From Octopus sinensis (lineage: Eukaryota), in NCBI RefSeq assembly GCF_006345805.1, contig NC_043009.1, positions 12,338,001 through 12,402,000 on the forward strand: a stretch of DNA of 64,000 nucleotides, given 5' to 3'. The translations under genes were made by a program, and so were the position numbers. Shown piece after piece: positions 58,261-64,000 of the stretch. Position 1 is the stretch's first letter; every line of letters begins with the position of its first letter. The notes beneath the pieces are model-generated. The model was not told the origin of the DNA. It saw nothing but the letters and a program-made list of their open reading frames with translations, and ran no database searches.

Positions 58261-58927
58261 CTTCGACAGCAAAATAGGAACACTTTACGCGAACAATATT
58301 TTCTACGGCTCGTGAGAATGTTATGACCAGTTCTGGCTGTCTCTTGGTGTCATGAATATTATTCGAGTACAGCTTAAGATCGTCGTCAAAAAAACGGGCT
58401 GTCGGAGATTTTCATTATCCTTTCATCTGCAGATCCTATCATATAGTATTTGTACTTACTTAACTAGAGTGTCAAGAGTTTCACTGCCAAGACGAAAAGC
58501 AAATGTATGCGGGTGTATATATATATGCATATAAGAACGTGTTAAGAAACATCCCTTAGTATATGTTTATGTGTGTGCGTGTTTGTGTGTTTGTGTCTGC
58601 ATGCGCACGTGTGTGTATAAATATATTGTTGTTGTTGTTGTTGCTGGTGCTGGTGTTGTTGTTGTTGTTGTTTCACAAATCTCTGGGCAATTAATTTTTA
58701 TTTGTTCGTCAGTATTTTCCATCTAACTGGTGTCGCTGAATTTTCCAACATCAACACCGCGTGACCTTTCTCCACCAATCGCGGGGTAATAAACATTGGC
58801 TCTCTTCAATCTAATTCTCATTCAGACTCCAATGGCCGAAGACCATCCGCGTGCTTGAAATTTAGAGTACCAAGTAATCTGATTCAAACTGGTTTGGTGC
58901 ATACATACATACATGTATGTATGGATG

Positions 58928-58961
<34 letters not shown>

Positions 58962-59088
58962 TGTATGTATGTATGTATGGTTAGGCCGTCGTCCATGCAT
59001 TATCTATATTCCTCCCTGTGCCTTTGAAATCTTATATCCCTGCCGTAAGGCTTTATTTCCACACACACCAGCTTAATTTAATTCGTCC

Positions 59089-59414
59089 TCAGTCGAAAGA
59101 TACCTGTTGTTTTGTCCTGTAATTTGTATTTGTGTAACATTCTCCGTTTTTTTTCCTGTCATTGTTTTCGTAACATTTGCTTCTATCTTCCAAGGAATCT
59201 AATGCTCTTAGCTTAGTTTTTCCTTGGAGCTGGCCAGACTGGAGCAATCTTGTGTATAACCATACGAAATTGCAAAGATAATCTGGAACTAGACTGAGGA
59301 AAGAAAACTCCGAATGACCTGTCTTTGCTTTCTTTCTATCGTCTATCTGGATATTTTGTCGTCCATTTTTTTGTATCAACTAACTGTCTGGATGTTTGCG
59401 TTCTTGTCCCATTT

Positions 59415-59420
<6 letters not shown>
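59089..59420 (-). repeat. Dispersed ~320-bp repeat, unclassified
   Basis: Diverged inverted copy at 63595-63900 (shared GTTCCAGATTATCTTTGCAATTTCG and CCAAGGAAAAACTAAGCTAAGAGC). Confidence 0.75.
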
Positions 59421-59476
<56 letters not shown>

Positions 59477-60094
59477 CTATTAACTAGTATAAAAAGAAGC
59501 TTCTCCAGTATTTATTGTTAAATATATATTTATCAACGTTTAAAATAATAAGTTGACATATTTAGGAAGGTACTCCAAAGATCTGATGAGATAAAGGTGA
59601 TACAGGTACATCAGGTAAACCTAGGAATCCTGAAAATCGTTTAACCAGAAAACTTAAACCGAAGTTCAACTTCCGATGTGAACTTACTTTATTGAACAAT
59701 TAATTCGGTCTCTAAGAAACTTCAAAAACTACGTATATATACTATGGATTTTATACCCTGCTCAAAATCCTTCTACATCTTAAGTCACGTATATCTGACG
59801 GAGGGATTTCTCCTAAAATCTATTCTCTAAGAAATTCAGACGGCGACAGGGGAAAACTAAATGCTATTTTCGGCATTCATTAAACGTTCGCCTATCCACA
59901 GGTATTTGTTTTTTCTCGATATCTGACCATTATTTACTGTGATATCCAGATACATTGTTGTGTTTTACATAATTTATTTACAGAAGGCGTGATGAAAATG
60001 GTGTGTGAAGTTTTTGATCGATTTTCGCTTGAAGCTAATAAAAGAAAACTCGCAGCTAGGTTGTAAGTATTGTAGCAGTCTAACAAATATCATT

Positions 60095-60738
60095 CTATAT
60101 TCTCTTTACTCTCTTTTACTCTTTTACTTGTTTCAGTCATTTGACTGCGGCCATGCTGAGCACCGCCTTTTTAATCGAGCAACTCGATCCCGGGACTTAA
60201 TCTTTTGTAGCCCAGTACTTATTCTATCGGTCACTTTTGCCGAACCGCTAAGTAACGGGGACATAAACACACCAGCATCGGTTGTCAAGCAATGCTAGGG
60301 GACAAAAACAGACACACAAACACACACACGCATACATATATATACATATATACGACGGGCTTCTTTCAGTTTCCGTCTACCAAAACCACTCACAAGGCTT
60401 TGGTCGGCCCGAGGCTATAGTAGAAGACACTTGCCCAAGGTGCCACGCGGTGGGACTGAACACGAAACCATGTGGTTCGTAAGCAAGCTACTTACCACAC
60501 AGCCACTCCTGCGCCTTTCACAATTATTTTCTTATCTTTCACTTGTTTCAGTCGTTAGACTGCGGCCAAAGCTTTTATTCGAATGAATGGACCCAGTACT
60601 TATATTTTTACACTGGGTACTTCTATTTTTATACCGGGTACTCTTTTTATCGGGGTCACTTGCCGGACCGCTGAATTAAGGGGATGTAAATACACCAACA
60701 CCAGTTGTCAAGCGGCAGTGGGTGACTCACGCACGCGT

Positions 60739-60777
<39 letters not shown>

Positions 60778-60905
60778 CGACCGCTTCTTTCAGTTTCCGT
60801 CTACTAAATTCCCTCACATGACTTTGGTCGGTCCGAGGCTAGAGTAGAAGATACCAGATCATGGTGCCACGCAGTGGGACTGAACCTGGAACCATGTAAT
60901 TGGGA
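60095..60905 (-). mobile_element. Two tandem SINE copies
   Basis: About 60095-60515 and 60535-60905, each with the family head and body. Confidence 0.75.
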
Positions 60906-61314
60906 AGTAATTATGTGGATAAAATTGATTCTGTTACTCTGTACCGAAGATGCGTCCTATTGAATTAGATATATTGAGATGTTCCAGCTGTAACCACCCA
61001 ATCTTTATTCAGACTACATCGTGAACCGAGGGAAATTTAGCTATATTTCTAGCACATCGATCAAACCTCTTCGCAAGTGATAGAAATAGTTTGTAACAGA
61101 ATGTGAATGCAGACAACGTACTATATGGAAGAGAATACTAAATATAAGTATCCAGTGGAAACATACATAAATCTGCACAAAAGACACACACACATACACA
61201 CGCACGCACACATACACACACACACACACACATACGCATCCATCCATCAATCCATCCATCCATACATACATACATACATACATACATAAATACATACAGG
61301 TGTATGTGTGTATA

Positions 61315-61566
61315 GGAGGAGCACTCCGTCGGTTACGACGACGAGGGTCCCAGCTGATAGGATCAACGGAACAGCTTGCTCGTGAAATTGAAGTGCAAGT
61401 GGCTGAGCATTCCTCATACACCCGTACTCTTAACGTACTTCTCAGGGAGATTCAGCGTGACACAAAATGTTAAGACGCCGGCCCTTTGAAATATAGTTAC
61501 TACTCATATTTGCCAGCTAAGTGGACTGGAGCAACGAGAAATAAAAGGTATTGCTCAAGGACACAA
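61315..61566 (-). mobile_element. SINE fragment sharing the CAGCT.AGTG.ACTGGAGCAACG.GAAATAAA central domain
   Basis: Similarity to 18840-18900. Confidence 0.55.
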
Positions 61567-61569
61567 CGT

Positions 61570-62170
61570 TTCTCCTCACTTCCCCCCTCCACTTTGCCCT
61601 TACAACACACCATTGTCCAAACCTTCCGGCGACTCCAGTCCAACCCCTCCACTTCGCACATCTTCCCCCAACCTACCCCATCTCTCCTTCAAATGAGCCC
61701 ACAACCTACGTGACTTCCTGGTCCACAGTTTCTTCCCTAACCCAACCTCCAAACTTGGTTCGTTCCCCTGCTCCCGCCCACGCTGTCGCACTTGCCCCTA
61801 CCTCTCCAACACCACAATCCTCACAGACACCCATCATCATCCCCATCATATCACCGACTCCTTTACCTGCACTTCTAGCAACGTCATTTACTGCATCTCC
61901 TGCTCTTTCTACCCTTCTCTGTAAATCGTTCAAACTGGACGTCGCTTGGCTGACTTATTCGCAGAGCACCTCCGAGGCATTACACTAGGCAAGGACACCC
62001 CGGTCTCGCACCATTTCCCCTCTACCGGTCAATCATTACAACACCCGCTTGTGTTCAGATTTTCTTTGCATTGGGGCCATCCGCACTCCCGCCTTCGTCA
62101 TCAAATAATCTTCTCTCTTCGCTCTTTTGCTCTGCATGGGCTCAACTCTCCTCCCATCTTCATCTGACTC
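61570..62170 (+). mobile_element. Penelope-like GIY-YIG fragment, degenerate
   Basis: PCSRPRCRTCP..HITDSFTCTSSNVIYCISCS, then RRLADLFAEHLRGI..PVSHHF..GLN in shifting frames. Confidence 0.8.
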
Positions 62171-62600
62171 CTCTCCTCTCTTCATCTGACACCTACTTCC
62201 TCTCTTCACTCCCACCCAACTTCTCTCTTCATTGATACCCCCTCCATCCACACTCCACCCCCAACATCCCACTCCCATATACCCAAACCATCGCCCCACA
62301 CTACATCCTCATCTCCACGTCTTCACACCGCACCCAGATATTACAGACGCACACACACACACACACGTACACATTCATACACCAAAGTTACCAGCGCCTA
62401 TCCACACACTCACTTACACATTCTCACACACACACACACGCACGCGCACATCCGTTTTGGGATCGCCAGTACTTTTTTATCTCCTCTTCTTCCTAGCTCT
62501 CCTGTCAAATTATTTTTCCCAACCAGTTGCCATGATTGATCGCTAAATCCACAATTATTTATTTTTTTGTTATTCTCTTTCTGTTTATTTCCTCATATTC

Positions 62601-62636
62601 CTTTCTGCTGAAGAGCATAGGCTCGAAACGTAAAAG
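62601..62636 (+). ncRNA. Minimal hammerhead-ribozyme-like motif (non-canonical core)
   Basis: cttt-CTGCTGA-A-GAGC-atag-GCTC-GAAAC-GTA-aaag: stems I and II pair. Confidence 0.45.
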
Positions 62637-62929
62637 ACTTTCTCACTTTCTTGAGTGTCAAACTAATACAAATAAAGTAAATTGTAAAAGAGTCAAATGG
62701 AAGAGTAAGTACAGTTAGGCAGCTTTTTAATCGCTACAAACGTTTCGATACGTACAGATCCTCGTATATATAGGATTTAAAGTTAAGTTTGAATTACGTT
62801 ATTTAACGATTTGCCTGTATAAGAAGATCTAGATGTGTCTCCTCAGTCGATAATCAGTTGCTGTCTCCGTAAGCAAAATTTAGATTTCCCTGCTACAACA
62901 TCCATAAGAATACTACCGGCTATTTGGGA

Positions 62930-63187
62930 ATTCTAAGGATGTTGGGGGGACAAACACACACACACACACATGCACACACACACACACACACGCATATATA
63001 TATATATATATACATACATATATACGACGAGCTTCAATCAGTTTCCGTCTACCAAGTCCACTCACAAAGCTTTGGTCGGCCCGAGGCTATAGTAGAAATC
63101 ACTTGCCCAAGGTGCCACGCAGTGGGACTGAGCCCGGAGCCATGTGGTTGGTAAGCTAGCTACTGACCACACAGCCACTCCTGCACC
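62930..63187 (-). mobile_element. SINE 5' half
   Basis: Family head with GGTGCCACGCAGTGGGACTGAGCCCG. Confidence 0.7.
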
Positions 63188-63252
63188 GATATATATATAT
63201 ATGTGTGTGTATGTGTGTGTTTGTGTGTGTGTGTTTGTGTGTGTGTGTGTTT

Positions 63253-63290
<38 letters not shown>

Positions 63291-63594
63291 ATATGATGGC
63301 TCTCCACTTGTGACCGAGAGAGACCATTGCCGACTTTCAGGAACATTCTACGCTCTAGGAGTTACTTATATTTTGCATTTGCGGCTCTGTTGGTGGCTAA
63401 TGAGCCCTGCTCTTGACAACCATACACAACTGCAAATATTACAGATCAAGCTTTCCCCATTCACTATACGACCCGTGCGCTTTCGCGCAGCTCGCTTAAG
63501 AAGTGTCTCTCTCAAAAGTGTCGATCCCTTCCTTAACCTGCTTCCTCCATATATATATACATACATATATACATACATATATATATATACATAT

Positions 63595-63900
63595 ATAATA
63601 CAAAAATGGGATGAGAACGCAAAACATCCAGATAGGTAGGTGATACTAAAAAGGGACAACAAAACATCCAGATAGACGATAGAAAGTAAATAAGGACGCT
63701 TCATTCGGAGTTTTCTATCCTCAGTCGAGTTCCAGATTATCTTTGCAATTTCGGCAGGTTATACTCGAGATTATCCAATGTGGCCAGCCCCAAGGAAAAA
63801 CTAAGCTAAGAGCTCTAGATTCCTTGGAGGAAAGCAGCGAATGTATACGAAAACAACGACAGAAACGGTGAAATGGTACACAAATACAAACAATAGGACT
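63595..63900 (+). repeat. Second copy of the dispersed ~320-bp repeat
   Basis: See 59089-59420. Confidence 0.75.
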
Positions 63901-64000
63901 GCGTGTATGTGTGTCACTTGACAACACTAGTGTTTGTGTGTTTGCATTCCCGTAACATAGCGGTTCTGCCTGAGTGACCGATAGAATCATTACAAGGCTA

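Noticed and set aside
59290-59330. CTGAGGA..CGAAT..GTC in the dispersed repeat (also ~63695-63730, minus strand)
   Set aside because: GAAT replaces GAAA and the stems are poor and inconsistent between the two copies.

Overview
Eukaryotic, repeat-rich, AT-rich genomic DNA. The tRNA-derived SINE families and microsatellite load look cephalopod (Octopus-like), which is an inference. The dominant structure is a roughly 47-kb imperfect palindrome: left arm 1860-22803, unique spacer 22804-29714 (~6.9 kb), right arm 29715-49203. The left arm begins exactly at a 100-N scaffold gap, so its true outer end is unknown. Each arm carries a copy of a spliced gene that the ORF track shows only in pieces. I reconstructed four in-frame exons with GT-AG introns encoding signal peptide + PAN/apple + short EGF-like + Sushi/CCP + a second degenerate Sushi-like module. 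The two copies are head-to-head (left on -, right on +). Arm identity is patchy: exons 2-3 are identical, while the inner and outer ends are clearly diverged, and each arm has private deletions. This fits an old inverted duplication homogenised by gene conversion, but a haplotype/assembly artefact has to be excluded. Intron 1 is packed with (TAA)n-flanked R4/Dong-type retrotransposon pieces, all antisense to the gene. The window also holds Penelope-like GIY-YIG fragments (including at the inner arm ends), several minimal hammerhead-like motifs, Tx1/L1 fragments, mariner remnants, SINEs, a MITE-like element and a 2.5-kb (CATA)n tract. Most ORFs in the supplied track are microsatellite translation artefacts. 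All comparisons were made by eye; element boundaries are approximate unless stated.
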